NCBI GenBank assembly: GCA_000708835.1 | Contig: DF236977.1 | Location: forward strand, 1 to 64,000 | Direction of reading: 5' to 3' | Length of the DNA: 64,000 bases | Source: Klebsormidium nitens | Lineage: Eukaryota > Plantae > Klebsormidiophyceae | Shown: one piece after another, positions 24,501 through 36,854 of the stretch | How the letters are laid out: every line of letters starts with the position of its first letter | How positions within the stretch are numbered: position 1 is the first letter of the stretch | Program-made: the position numbers and the translations under genes | The notes under the pieces: generated by a model | The model's input: the letters and a program-made list of their open reading frames with translations, nothing else | Database searches by the model: none | What the model was told of the DNA's origin: nothing

Positions 24501-25554
24501 TGCCAACTAACCTGCTGTCGCGCCTCACCCAGGCCTGCCTCCGGTGCAGGCTCTTCCAGCCTCTGCTTCTTTCTAGAATTGCCAGCAACTGCTGCCGCTG
24601 CACAGCAATCTAAAGTATCAGACCACACTTGCATCATCCACCAAAGCATGCTCTGTATGAACACATAGTAAATGATCATGGTCACTCTTCTGCCAGATTG
24701 TTGCATTTTTCAACAAACACACACCAAGCATGCACTGTTAAGATAGGTTCCAGGTGGTCACGATCAACTGCTGACTTACCTTTGGCCAGATAGTCGCCAT
24801 GGATCTCCAAGTACCAAACAATCGAGGCAAAATGCGGCACGTCCCATTTCGCAAATCGAACGCACGCAGTAGGCAATGCTTCAAGCTTGACACTGCAGCT
24901 TTACTGAATGCCAGAAAGCCAGGATCATCAATGCTCTGCTCACCTTCAGCCTCAGGACGCTCTGCAACCTGCACTTTTTTATCCTCATTCTTCTGGGCCG
25001 GCAGCTGCAGAGCAGGAGTATGCACCTTCTGCTTGAAGTAGTGAAGACAACTTATATTGTGTTGGTAAGATTTCGCGTCCATCCGCCTGGAATTTTGAGC
25101 CTGTTATGTTGAGGCCTCTTTCCGGCCATTGAAAAACCTAAGTCATTCGTCAGAAGTTTGTCAATCAGATCCCAGCTTGCGTCTTTCAGGCACTGGCAAC
25201 TTTCTTTTGCCCGCAATTAGAAAGTACAAATCAGTGCTTCATAGAAGCAATATAACGAAATGCTTACTTTGGCGGCAGATGCAGCAGGCTTTGATGCTAC
25301 ACCTTTCTTCCCAAGAATCGGCGCAGCCGCACTCAGCGCACTGCAGTCAGAAAACTTCAACGTGTCAGACCAATGTCAAAGCGAAGTCAATTACATGCAT
25401 TGGCACAGGTAATGTAAGATCAACTGAAATGTTAACCTTCAAAACGGCAATCTTTTCTCAATAGTTCAGATCAAGAAAGTTACCTGGAAGGACGGGCTCC
25501 TTTTGCCTTTTTGTTATCCTTTTCCCTTGGAAACCTTATATTTCCCCTCCTCAT
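21582..25554 (-). CDS. DSN1: Probable kinetochore MIS12-complex subunit DSN1/Mis13-like protein, 10 exons, about 364 aa
   Basis: Exons 25554-25484, 25340-25268, 25004-24944, 24597-24512, 24248-24188, 23762-23544, 23323-23244, 22832-22738, 22173-22005 and 21761-21582 are phase-consistent. The protein has a basic disordered N-terminus with KRKTRASL, then PFHEGLTKEREDQRLVQLLRRIC, LRSNLRSQEKAWQRL, LEETRRKLAFQAEALCQLVSGVSDL and SPRTLINRF. These resemble the DSN1 motif order as recalled; no profile search was run. N-terminal exons are uncertain. Confidence 0.65.
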
Positions 25555-26455
25555 TCTTGCGCGCTTCTGCAAAGTCCGATTGGTAATGTGCGGAAGCAGT
25601 TCTCAAGAAAGCACCAACTCGAGCATTCAGCACGCAAAACCAGGAATGGCAGCAGCACACACTGGCGTTCCTCGTCCTCTAACTATGGCGCCGCCTTCTA
25701 CCGGTAAGTTCTACCTATCATATAGGTAAGAGGCCTTCTTTCTTGTCGCCTTGAAATTGATTCTGAACTGCACATGGTCTTCTCTTCTGTGCAGACAGTT
25801 TGAAAGTTTTAGCGCCACCCTCAAACAACAGGCGCCGTTCTTCCGGAAACGAGCGGCTCACGATCGGGGCTTTTGCGAGCGACGTCTCCGTACGAGGCCG
25901 CCTTCCAGAAGTCGCTCAGAAGCAAATCCCTGTTCATAATCAACACTCTCAAGCCGTCCGATTGGCATCTTTAGAGCATCGACCGAGCGGCCAAGTTTAG
26001 GGTTTCACTGACGTTAGACTTCCAGTCTAGCAAAAGCATCCTTGCTTTGAAACTTGAAAGATGAAAGAAAGAGGTGTGCTACAAAGGCGTGTTGCTCCTA
26101 TCACCTAGCACGGCAGTGCCAGCTCCATTTCAAAGATGTCATGGAGGATTGCACAGACAGGCTGCATGTACATATCTTTGAAGGCGTCGAGAGGTCTTGA
26201 CATTGTTCCCCTTTGTCGATGGCTTCAAACATTTCGAAGCTGGTCAGGATAAGCAAGGGTTGCTAGAGAGTTCCCCACCGCTTCACAAGAAGAGTTTAGG
26301 TGCTCACCCCAGCTCAAATGGTAGAGGCCAGGCTAGAAGAGTTCTTTTCAACGTCCTGCGTAGCCGGCTGCGAAGCCTGTTAACCAAAGTACTTTGCAAG
26401 TTGCTGACCACTTTCAAAATTGTGCGACTGGCTTTGATTGAGACACGCTTCAGTG

Positions 26456-29400
26456 ATGAAAGCTGCAAGAAAAATATTGAGAGTCCTTGTGGGGTGCTTC
26501 CTGGGGTGCACTGTCATCAGCGCCCAAGCAAACCCAAGCAATGGGACTGCAACCGGCCTTCCAACAGCGGACCCCAATTCTGTGCGAGGGCGTGGGACCG
26601 CACCATACCTTATCACCAACAACACAGGCAATGTGAAAGTTTGGCCGGTGAGCTTCAGTGCCAAGTTTCGAGAAACTGGCCATTCTTCATAAGACCTTGA
26701 GCTGGAAGCTTCAATGAAAGCAAAGTTCTCTATTTCCAATCTTGAGGTTTGCAGGCCGGACCTTGTGAGAAGAGCTTCTAGATTTGCCATGTGAGGAGAG
26801 TCTTCTTTCGTTCAGCGGTGGGCAGCCCCACAAGAATATGTGCCAGAACTTCTGTTGCAACCCAGCTTGTCTCCATTCCTCATGTGAATTGCCAACATAC
26901 CAAGCAAAGAAGTCAGACTCTTCACTGAGGCTAGAGTATTGAAATACAACAAATCAGGGGGTTGCCCATTTTTTATATTTGAACCACCCCCACAGGCCTT
27001 GGCATTGAATGGCCGCAACATTGCTGCCACGACAGTCTCGCTCGTTGGAGGGGCCCTGGCCAATGCAGCTGGTGTGGGCGGCGGGGGCCTGTTTGTGCCC
27101 ATGTTCAACCTGCTGCTGGGCTTTGACGCCAAGTCAGCCACGTCCCTGTCGCAAGGTCAGGGGGCAAACCACAAGCCTCTTACTAATAGTAAAAGACGGC
27201 CATGATTGACTGGACATGCGGCTTCGACGAGCTCGCACAACCTTTGTACTGATAGCTGGCCGGATAGGTGGTCCGATACTTGCTCAAACTGTGGAATTGA
27301 CTTCTTTCCAGCTCTTGCTGAGACAAGGGGGCCCTTTCTTTGGGCAGCTTTCTGATCCTCGCCATTCTTCGTGCAGCCATGATCACAGGGGGCGCCATTA
27401 CGTCCTTCTTCTACAACCTCATGCTACAGCACCCCACACAGAAGAAACCTCTCATTGACTATGGTGAGCCGATTAGAAGTCGCTCCGTGGGGTGTGCATG
27501 TTCCTTCGTACTCCCCAAGCTTAGCTTGCTACCGTGGATCACAACCTGCAGCAGTCGATCGGCTTTTTTCTGCTTAATCCTGGGATGATGTTTGTGAGAA
27601 TTCAAACACTGAATCGATTCAGACAATGTCATCCCGTTTCTCAAACAGCTCGACGGACAGCGGACCTAAGTTTCATTCCAGGGCTGCTCGCTCAGCCCAC
27701 TTTTCTCAAGGGACTTTGACATGAAGAAACATCTTGACGTGTGTTGGTCTCATGGATCGTCTCCCAAGTCCACTGCATCCTGGGCTAACTTTCCTTTTTG
27801 ATTCCCCAGACATTTGCCTGCTACTGGAGCCGGCCCTCCTTCTGGGCATTGGGGCAGGGGTGGTGCTCAACGTCATCTTCCCGTCCTGGATCATCGTGAT
27901 ACTGCTGACGCTTCTTCTCACTTGTGAGACGCCCATTTTTGCTTCTCATTGTCGAGAGTCAGATTTTCATCATGTTTTTTGAAACAACTTCCTTCGCTCC
28001 TTGGCTACCTGTACCTCTGCTATTATGCTCGTGCCCTGGCTTCGTTGAGAGCTCAAGTTTCAAAGTTCCGTGGCTTTCTCTCGCCCTTCGAAGCGCAATC
28101 TGACTGCTTGCGTGGCAGCTTTAGGCGGGGCAGAGGTGGGCTGATCAAGTTCAAAGTCCCTGCTCACACCGCTGCTGCCGTCCTCTTCCGACGTCCTCGA
28201 ACACTGTCTTCAACTTTTCAGAACTTCATCGTCCAAGCTGCAGAGACGTTGAGTTGCACCAGCTTACGCTCTGTGGGTGGCGCCTTGGCTTTGTTATGTG
28301 CGTTTTTAGATTTCACTCCAGCCGCCTCGTTCTTGTGTGTCCTCAGACATGTCGTACCGAACCACGAGCAAGGGCATCAGCACGTGGAAAGCGGAGACCA
28401 AGAAGGCGCAAGCGGTAAGACACGGGAACCAAAGACATTCCAATCTCTAGGTCACTACCAGTGGTCCATCCAACACAGCAAGCTACTGCTATAGACTCAA
28501 CTCTTGTCGATCAGCAGTTCTATTCTTTCTTTGTCGTTGAGATCGTTGTCGATCACAACTGGTTTCTGATTGACCGCCAGCATTCTCTGTGGCTACCCTG
28601 TTGATGCAACAGCGAAACTGTCAAACCCGTCAGCGATTGTTACTCAGGTCACACTCAGCCTCGTTTCATGCGTGTGGTTGCACAGCCCCAGAGTCAAAAC
28701 GTATGCGCTCCGCTGCAGGCGCCTCCTCCGGGCTCTCTCTCCTCCATGATGGACCACTCGCTCTCAGACCACGAGATGCAAGTCATTTCCAACGAGCACA
28801 GTAAGCAACGCATCCGACTTTGGCCTACAGCTGAAGTATTCGCTTTTTTGGCACGAAAAGAGACCCACTTTGGACATCTCTCTGCCTTGCCGGCTCGGGC
28901 GTCAGTCCTCAAGCGTCCTCGCTTGGCACGGGCGCATTGCTAAGCATTTCCCCAGTCGCTCTGTGAATCCATGACCAGCGGGTGCCATTTTTCGAAACTG
29001 ACTGTTCCTTATTTCGCACTTCAAAGCCCGGAGGTGGCAGGCTCCAGTTTCCCCTACGTCCTCTTGCGACCTTGGCGTCGGTGCAGGAATCAACGATATT
29101 GTGATCTTTGAAACATGGATCTATTATTTCCGCCTTACACTGTAGTTGAAAGTGGGCGCTACTCTACTTGCAAACCTCCTCTATATCCGTCGTGCTCCTG
29201 CATGCTTGATATCTCTGATCTGAATGTCTGAGGATACCTTACACTGCGAGATCGATACCGAGGAAGCTCGGCATTACTATGTCATTTTGACTTGCTCCGC
29301 TTTCCACCCAAAAACGGGCGAAAGCGCCTTCTCTCCTCGCGCCCTCTTCCTCTGGTGTGACAGTCCCTTGTCGAGGCTCACTTTGTCATATACCGCTCTG

Positions 29401-32400
29401 AGTGCACCCTCTCGATAGGAGCGAGCGCCAGAAGCATGCGCAGAGTTGAGGCTCGACTGCACTGTTTGGAGCGCACTCTCATCCACAACTTGCAGGGCAG
29501 TCCCCCCCCGACAACGTCGTCCTTGCCGCGGCTGCGCGCGCGTCCATCAGCGCGAACCTGGAGGTGGCGGGTGAGAACGAGGTCGCGCTCTCGATGCCGC
29601 ACAGCCCCGTCTCGGCGGGCGGCCAGGAAGTCGGCGAGGCGCCCTTCCGAAGGCGGTGGAGGAGAACTAGCAAGGTGGGCTTTCCCGAATGAAGCCTTCT
29701 CGTTCGTTTCAATCGCGACGGGTGATTCTTCTCCCTTCAGTGCCACTGTTGCCTCAATCTCAGCCTTCGTGTCAGCCTTCGTGTCGTCTTCCGTAGACAG
29801 CCGTTGCTTTTGTTGGCTGGCTTTACTTCTTGGCTGACAATGCAGCTTCCTCGGCATCTTACGAAGCCTGCATCCACCTTTACACAAAAGCTGACTTCTG
29901 CAAGTGAGGCGTCTGCTTGTCTACGTCTCCCATTGCGCTCCTCGCTCCTTCCCTGGTCTGCGGGTCGGTCCGCTGTTCGTCAGTCGTAGAATAGAGGAAT
30001 AGAAGTCAAAAAATTTAAAGATCCAAGCCTTCGGGATCCACCGGGCGACATTCTATCGGACGCGATCTTTCTATTAGTTGGTGCTCATGTTCTTTAGCAA
30101 GCAAAGACATTGTGTCTTGTACCGCTCTCCCTGCAGGCCAAGCTGATGTTTGACACGTCGCTCATCCCTCGGCGACGACTGTTTGAGGTGCTCCTAGTGT
30201 GGCTGGCCTTCCTCGTCGTATCGGTGCTCAAGGTAAGGCACCCACCGACCAGTGATGTGCAGGTTTCACCTGATGAAGGCAGCGACTCAGTTCGGCGGTG
30301 CCGTGTTTGAAAAACATCGTTCCTGGAAATTTGCCGACATTGATCAGAGTGGCACAAGTTCGCATTCGATGCTGACTCGAAAGACGTATGATATTTCGTT
30401 CGCTGAAGTTTAAGTTTGTAATTAGACATGTCCAGCCGAACGCGCTTCGCTTGCTTCTGCTCGGACCTCTTTGCCTTTTTCAACCAGATTTTCATTCGCG
30501 CCGATTCTCCCACCCATCCCATCATCCTGACCCACAAATCATCCCAATTCGAAGTGCCGAACCCCCAGCGCTCCAAAGCGACGAGAGCTTCGCACTTCGC
30601 AACCTCGGAAGCTTTTGACCTCTTACCCCCGTGCCCATTTTCCCAGGGCGGCAGCAAGACCCCGAGCGTGGTGGGCGTGCGCAGCTGCCAGCCGTGGTAC
30701 TGGTCGCTGTCCGCGCTCCAGGTTCCGCTGGCCATTTTCTGCACGGCCCTCGTGGCGCGCCGCCTGGGGCAGCAGCACCACAAGCGGCTCTCCGACGGCG
30801 ACGACTACCACCCGGACGAGCTGCACTTCGGGCCCAGGCAGCTCGTGACGTACCCGCTCATCGCTCTAGTTGCAGGGGTGATCGCGGGGCTGCTCGGGAT
30901 AGGTGAGCGCGGTTCTTCTTTGATGAGTATGCCGAAGGGGCAGCACAGAAGTGGAAGAAGCTCATCCCCTGTAAATACTCTTGCAACAGTACATAGCATG
31001 AAGCGAATATTCAATAGTCTGGGAGTCTTTCTGCCAGCGAGAGGGAAGGAGTGCACAAGTTGACGGTGGGCGGGCACTTGTTTGAGGGTGCTTCGGACAA
31101 GCGGAGCGTATCGTAGTTGGTTCTGAGTCCGGCCTGCGGATGCTTAATTGATGAGAGTGGAGAGCCCCATTCCGTGACCGGGAAAAGGTCTGCAACAAAT
31201 CACTTTTGAAGAGCGGTCTTTCGCGAGTTGACGGCCTTCTGGCTTGATAAGCGGGTATTGATTTGCGGTACAGGCGGCGGTATGATCGTGGGTCCGCTGT
31301 TGCTGGAGCTGGGCATGCTGCCGCAGGTGACGGCCGCCACGGGCGCCTTCATGGTGCTCTTCTCCTCCTCGCTCGCGGTCGCGCAGTTTGCGCTGCTACA
31401 CATGATCCCACTCTACACCGGTGAGTTGAAGTATTTAGGCAGTTTTCTAAGTGGCCCACTTCCTTCGGTCACTGAGAAGCAGACACTCTCCAATTTTCGT
31501 GGTGCCTGGAATGTTATGCCATAAGCGATGACAAGCACATGGGGGATGCTCGCACGCTCTGGGGTTTGCTCCTCGCGGGTGTAATATTTTTGCGGAGGGC
31601 CTGCGTTTGATTTGAGAAAGCGAATAGTAAATCGACCGAGGGTAGCATACCTCGGGTGGGCTTCTGACCTCTGGATGCCCAGTCCGTCCAGCAGGCCCGC
31701 ATCTCAACCTCTGATGGAACTTTAACTTGCTTTGGGACCCTAGAATGCGACTCAGACGTCAGCAGTGTCTTCCGTGTCTCCCGGCTGCCGAAGCTGACGT
31801 CAGCAGCCCGTCACGTGCAGCGCTGTACTACGGCGCGGTGTGCGCGCTGTCGGGGTACATCGGGCTGAGCGTGGTGCGGTACCTGGTGAAGAAGTCGGGC
31901 AAGAGCAGCCTCATCATCTTCTCGCTCGCCATCATCATCGCCCTCAGCGCCGTCGTCATCGGTGAGCCGCAGCGGATTCGGGCTCAGGAAATCGATCGGT
32001 CAATTACTACTCACTCTTCTCTAGGCAGGGTGACTGGCTTTTGCAGTGGATCGATTTCCCTCTTCTCCATTTCTTGACTGCTCTCTTTGTTAGCTCGCAT
32101 CAGAAGGAAAAAGGCGCACCTTCTTGGAGTCATACTTCATTTTTCGTCGAGCGAGTCTGGCTTCGTTCACGCTATTATGAGTCGGGTTGGTCACCCTGAT
32201 CACCTTTAACCAGATTTAGACCAAAGCTTTTGCTTGCGTCCGTGAACTCCTCTTTCCTACATATCGAAGGTCTCCGAGGCTTTGCTGTCATCAAGGCGAT
32301 ACGCTTTCTGATGAAGCCATGCTTTCGGTTTTGCGAAGTGGCTGGTTTTTGCCGTGCTCATGCCGATACGCTGTAGGAGAATGATGCACTTTGCTCGCTC

Positions 32401-32505
32401 ATCGACCCGGCCCCTCCGTTTGAATCCGCAGGCATCTTGGGAGGCATCAAAATCGCCCACGACTTCCGGACTGGAGCATACATGGGTTTGCAGAAACTCT
32501 GCTAG
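26456..32505 (+). CDS. Sulfite exporter TauE/SafE family membrane protein (plant type), 12 exons, about 531 aa
   Basis: Exons 26456-26647, 26996-27155, 27377-27463, 27810-27923, 28347-28414, 28719-28800, 29496-29674, 30137-30232, 30647-30902, 31274-31420, 31821-31961 and 32432-32505. There is a signal-like N-terminus, then KVWP, AAGVGGGGLFVPM, KPLIDYD, GLLGIGGGMIVGPLLLELG, QVTAATGAFMVLFSSS and C-terminal YMGLQKLC. Confidence 0.92.
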
Positions 32506-33956
32506 TCAAAACCTCTGCACCAGAATGAGGCGCCTAGAGCTTTTGTTCAGACAGCTACTCTTGCAATTAGATGCTCGCTGGCTTTTGAGTTGTTGCATGC
32601 GTCTGGCCTTGACTTTGATAAGATCTGACTAACAGGAGATAAAGACAGTGCATTGCTGTAGGAACCGGCCGGCCCAAGATAATAGTAACGGCCCGAGCTT
32701 CAATCTGGATGGAACACCCTGAGTGTTATGGTAGGCTCCATTATGATCATACGTGAATATCTAGAAATTTGAGCGAAACCAGCGTAAATGACAATCTGAT
32801 CCGCATAACAGTTACTTAAATGAAAGTTGGACACATGTTCCCAGTCAAATGTGGAGGCGCAGCTCAGGCTGGTACTGAGTTTGCGGCCCGGCCGTGTCAG
32901 GTAACAACAGAATACTCTTAAGCTCAGGAGCTCAAAGAAAGTAGGCAATCTTATGTTGTAAAGCGTAATCAGCTCAATGCCACTTTAATAAGCTCGTAGT
33001 ACATGCATGTGCCGCCGGCATGCGCGCACAGCTAGGCTAGCGCCCGGCATGCATGCTGAAAATTGGCGGCATATACACGTTTGCAGCCAGGTGCGATCGC
33101 CTAGATCTTGTTTATACCATGCGTAAGGCTAACTTATACCGTTCACCTATAACGCATTCAATTTGATTAGAACCTAATTGCAGCCCGCGGTATAGCACGG
33201 ACTCTTTGAATCAGTCGATCATGGCCCCGGGCGGAACGCGCGTGGAGCCGCGAGCTCACGAGATCAGCCTCAGTGCGCGCGCGCATGGCGTGCCGAGACA
33301 ACGTATATACTTTATTGCATTGCAATGCACGCGCCGTATGTTCCAGATTGAAAGTGCAGCTAGCAATACCACGCGCGCGTCCAGGTATGACCATCATTAT
33401 ATTGCGCGTGCTGCATGCACAATTGCTATATAAGAATCAACATGCTGAGGCCATTGCGACTCGGATGCATTATAGTGCGGATGCACTGCCGAATTATTGG
33501 ACTCATAATGATCATTACACTCTAGTATGAAACTTACAACGAGCTAGCTTGATTGTTTATGTGGTTTGCATCGTCCGCAGCACTCGAATTTAGATCCTCG
33601 CTGTGTCTATGGTCCAATTGCGACTGGACATGCAAGGGAGGAGGACTGGCTGCCTGTGATCGACTTCGAGTCTACCATACAGTCTTCAAAGCTTGCAAAT
33701 CACCGACGAAATTAGGTGGGAATGCACAAAGGGAGCCGAAAATGGATGTTGACTGCCATTTCCAGATGCCAGCTCACTTAGCTTTCCTATGATGTGACAC
33801 GCATGTCTTCGCTGACGATTCATTGCCGACTTGATCTCTGAACGCTATGCTCAATTGGCGTGCACTATGGGGGGAACAAACTTGTGTGCGTGCTCTGTGC
33901 ATCATTCAAGGAAGGTTTTCGAGTAGAACCAAGCGGAGTAAACAACTGTGTTCTTG

Positions 33957-36854
33957 CTAGTGCTCTGGTCGTTCGTTCCTCGAATGCAAGTACCTGAAAG
34001 GGAGAACTTTTCTGGTTTGCGCGAGATCGTGAGCCTGCGATAAGGCGCAGCAAAAGTGCGCCTGGCTCATGCCGCGAGTTGGCGCCTTGACAAAATACTC
34101 ATGTGCCAATCTGTGTTCGACCGCAGCATTCAGGTCAACGTTCCGCAAAAGGCATCTAGCAGTTTCACAATATACCGTCCTTGAACAGCCGCTAAGGTTC
34201 GACAAAGCCTCGGCCCTACAGCCTTACTTTCAAGAAATGTGGCAAAGTCGTAAGTAAGAAGGCGTACCTGGCGGTCTGGTAGCCCATCCAGTAGTAGGCT
34301 GAGAGCAGGTCCTGAAGGACAGGGTCGATCTGCGGGAGGGCCCCATCGGCCTGTGCGCCGGCGACTGCCCCTGCTAAGACGCTGCTGGGCCGAGGCGCAT
34401 CACCTGCGAAACAAGGCCCCAGTTCAAAAGCTGACTCGAAAGACTTAGCTGGGGTCGGAAAAAAGGAGCAAATATGATCTTGGGCTGCTGAGCAGGAGGC
34501 AGGGTCGGAGCACTCTCATCGCGGTGCCAGACAGAACAGAGCCAAGCCAGCGTGAAAGCGGCCATCCTCCTGGGGCAGTCAGCGTAACGATAGGCGGGTC
34601 AGCAGTCAGCTCACTGCTCGAATGTAAGTGGTAGTCACCGTAAGTCACCCGCACAATCTTGGTCTGTGCGTCAAAGTGGGGACTCACAAAAGCTTGATAC
34701 AAACCGAGCCAAGCAATCTCAATAATCAGAACACGGTTTGGACTGCTTCACGCTCATACAAGAGTCGAGCTTATCCGAAACCAAGGACAGGGATGCACGA
34801 CCCACCTCCTACAGTAGCAGCCTCTTGCCAATTAGAAACCCCTGCCGGTTGCTCTGCTCTCGCCTTCCATTCCGTTCCACTAGCCGTCCCCTCCCCTTCG
34901 TATTCAGAAACCAGTCGCCCGCACACTGCCCCATCTTCCTGCGTCCCAACCGTTCTCCCCTCACACACTGACGGCTCTCCTTCCCCAGCAGACGGAAACA
35001 CAAACCCCTGCACCCCCGCTTGCGGTGATGTATCTCCATCTCGTCTCACCCAGCTGCCCGGAAGGTCCCCCAGAAAGGCGTGATCCTCCCAACGGAGCTC
35101 CTCCAGGCTCTTGTTGCGGTACGCCTCCATGGCCGTCAGGCACTGGTACATTTCGGGGGGGAAGCCCCAGTCTTCTATAGAGGTCGGGTGGTATTTGACC
35201 CCCCTGGTGCCGCGAGGGTAACCCTGAAGGCGCAGCTCTTCTAGGCTTTTGCTCTCGTATTCTGGCATAGCCGTGACTGTCATCAACTTCTCGCCGGAAT
35301 CCCCCCCATCTGGACTAAGGGTTGGCTCAAAGTTTGTGCGGCGAACAGCGGCAGAAGACTGCTCTTGGGCAACGTTCAGAATACCTACATGGGTGCTACT
35401 TGCACATGGGGCGGGGCCGGCTGGGACAGAGTGCTGCTCTAAGGGGGGGTTCTGCGGCAACTGGAAAGTCGGCCAAGCGGGATAATCTTGAGGGGAGGCC
35501 GCCGAGACAGAGGTTTTGAACTTATCGTTCGCAACTGCTGGCGCAGGAGCAGAGGGCGAGGTCTTTACTGCACCCCCCTGTTCAGCAGTAGCCGTTGGAA
35601 CAGACTCAGGGGAGGCGTCAGGGGGGCCTGCGACAGGGTAGTAGTAGTGGTGGTGGTGAATGATGGTGGTGGGAGGGGGGTGGGTTTCGGCTGCGTCGGT
35701 AGCCCCTTGCTGCGACGCCTGCCATTGCAGCCACTCATAGTACTGCTCAACCGTGTACTCTGACTCCTGCTGTGCTGGGACCCCTTTGATTTCGGGCCCC
35801 TCTAGATTCTTCGCCTCAATCTCTGACCCCTCATCATGCTTTCTAGAATCAGCCCCGCTTAATTGAGGTTCAGGATCTCCGACACTGGCCTCAAAAGTTT
35901 CCCCGCTTTCGACTTCCTCAGCGTTTCCTTCGTCTATATGAGCTGCTAAAATCAAACTCTCTAGCTCGCTTTCGTTGACGTCGGACTCCGCTTCTTCCTC
36001 TACTTCTTCCACAGAAGCGGCACTTTCTCCCCGCCGTTTCTGCAGGTCGTTCTCTCGCAAGTGGTCCAGGCTGCCTTCCGTGTCCTCTTGCTTGAAAGGA
36101 CTCGAGTACGGATCTTTGGGCAGCGGCTCGACAGGATGACCGTGCATTTCCTGCCACGAGCGGGGACACAAACCCTTAGAAAGGCCTTCAACTTATCGTA
36201 CAGATTGTCTTCTTGACCATTGTGATGCTTATAGCCACTCCTGTTGACCATTGTGAGCCAGCATCACATGCCAAACGTCAGCTTCGACCAATCCAATGAA
36301 GTACCTCGCTAAAGGCTGAGATCAGAAATAAAGGTTGAGACTGATCAGGAGCACAAAGGACACTGATGATGTGCCAGCATGCAACAGCAGGCTTGCAGGG
36401 AGTGGATATAAAATGGGACAAAATTGCAATAGAAGCAACAGCACGCATTGTCGGAAAGCACCATCATCGCTCAATTGACACTGGGATCTTGTAGTCTAAC
36501 TGACTGCCACACCACCACCACCACCACCTGAGCTCTTGCTTCGCCAATTGTGATGGAGATACATCAATTTTAGAAATTAACATCCTTATATGCCACCACA
36601 ACAAGGTACTTGTGGCTAAGAGATGATTTGAACTAGATATCTTCTGATGCAACTTTTCAAAGGGCCTGCTTGAACCACAACGCTTCCTCCAGGGAACCTG
36701 ATAACTACAACTAGTAAAAGATTGTCAGACGAGAAGGTGTCGACCAATGACAACAACTTACCTGGTACTTCTGCAGTGCTGAGTCGAAGGCTCGCACCAG
36801 CATTGGGTCATCCCACCGCATGTTTTCAGATCGCGGCATGTCCCTATTGGCCAT
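33957..36854 (-). CDS. SMN: SMN (survival motor neuron)-family protein carrying two tandem Nup98-type GLEBS motifs, 4 exons, about 536 aa
   Basis: Exons 36854-36762, 36150-34806, 34403-34268 and 33993-33957 are GT-AG with phases 0/1/2 matching. The N-terminus RWDDPMLVRAFDSALQKYQEMH is a Gemin2-binding motif and the C-terminus DPVLQDLLSAYYWMGYQTARYL is a YG-box. Internal motifs are TAMPEYESKSLEELRLQGY and YQCLTAMEAYRNKSLEELRWEDH. No Tudor domain is visible. Confidence 0.85.
36511..36528. repeat. (ACC)6 microsatellite in SMN intron 1
   Basis: accaccaccaccaccacc read directly. Confidence 0.9.

Noticed and set aside
34771-36171. Calling the 466-aa ORF a Nup98 nucleoporin or a stand-alone gene
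   Set aside because: It has no FG repeats or autoprotease domain, and flanking exons with SMN motifs splice onto it in frame.
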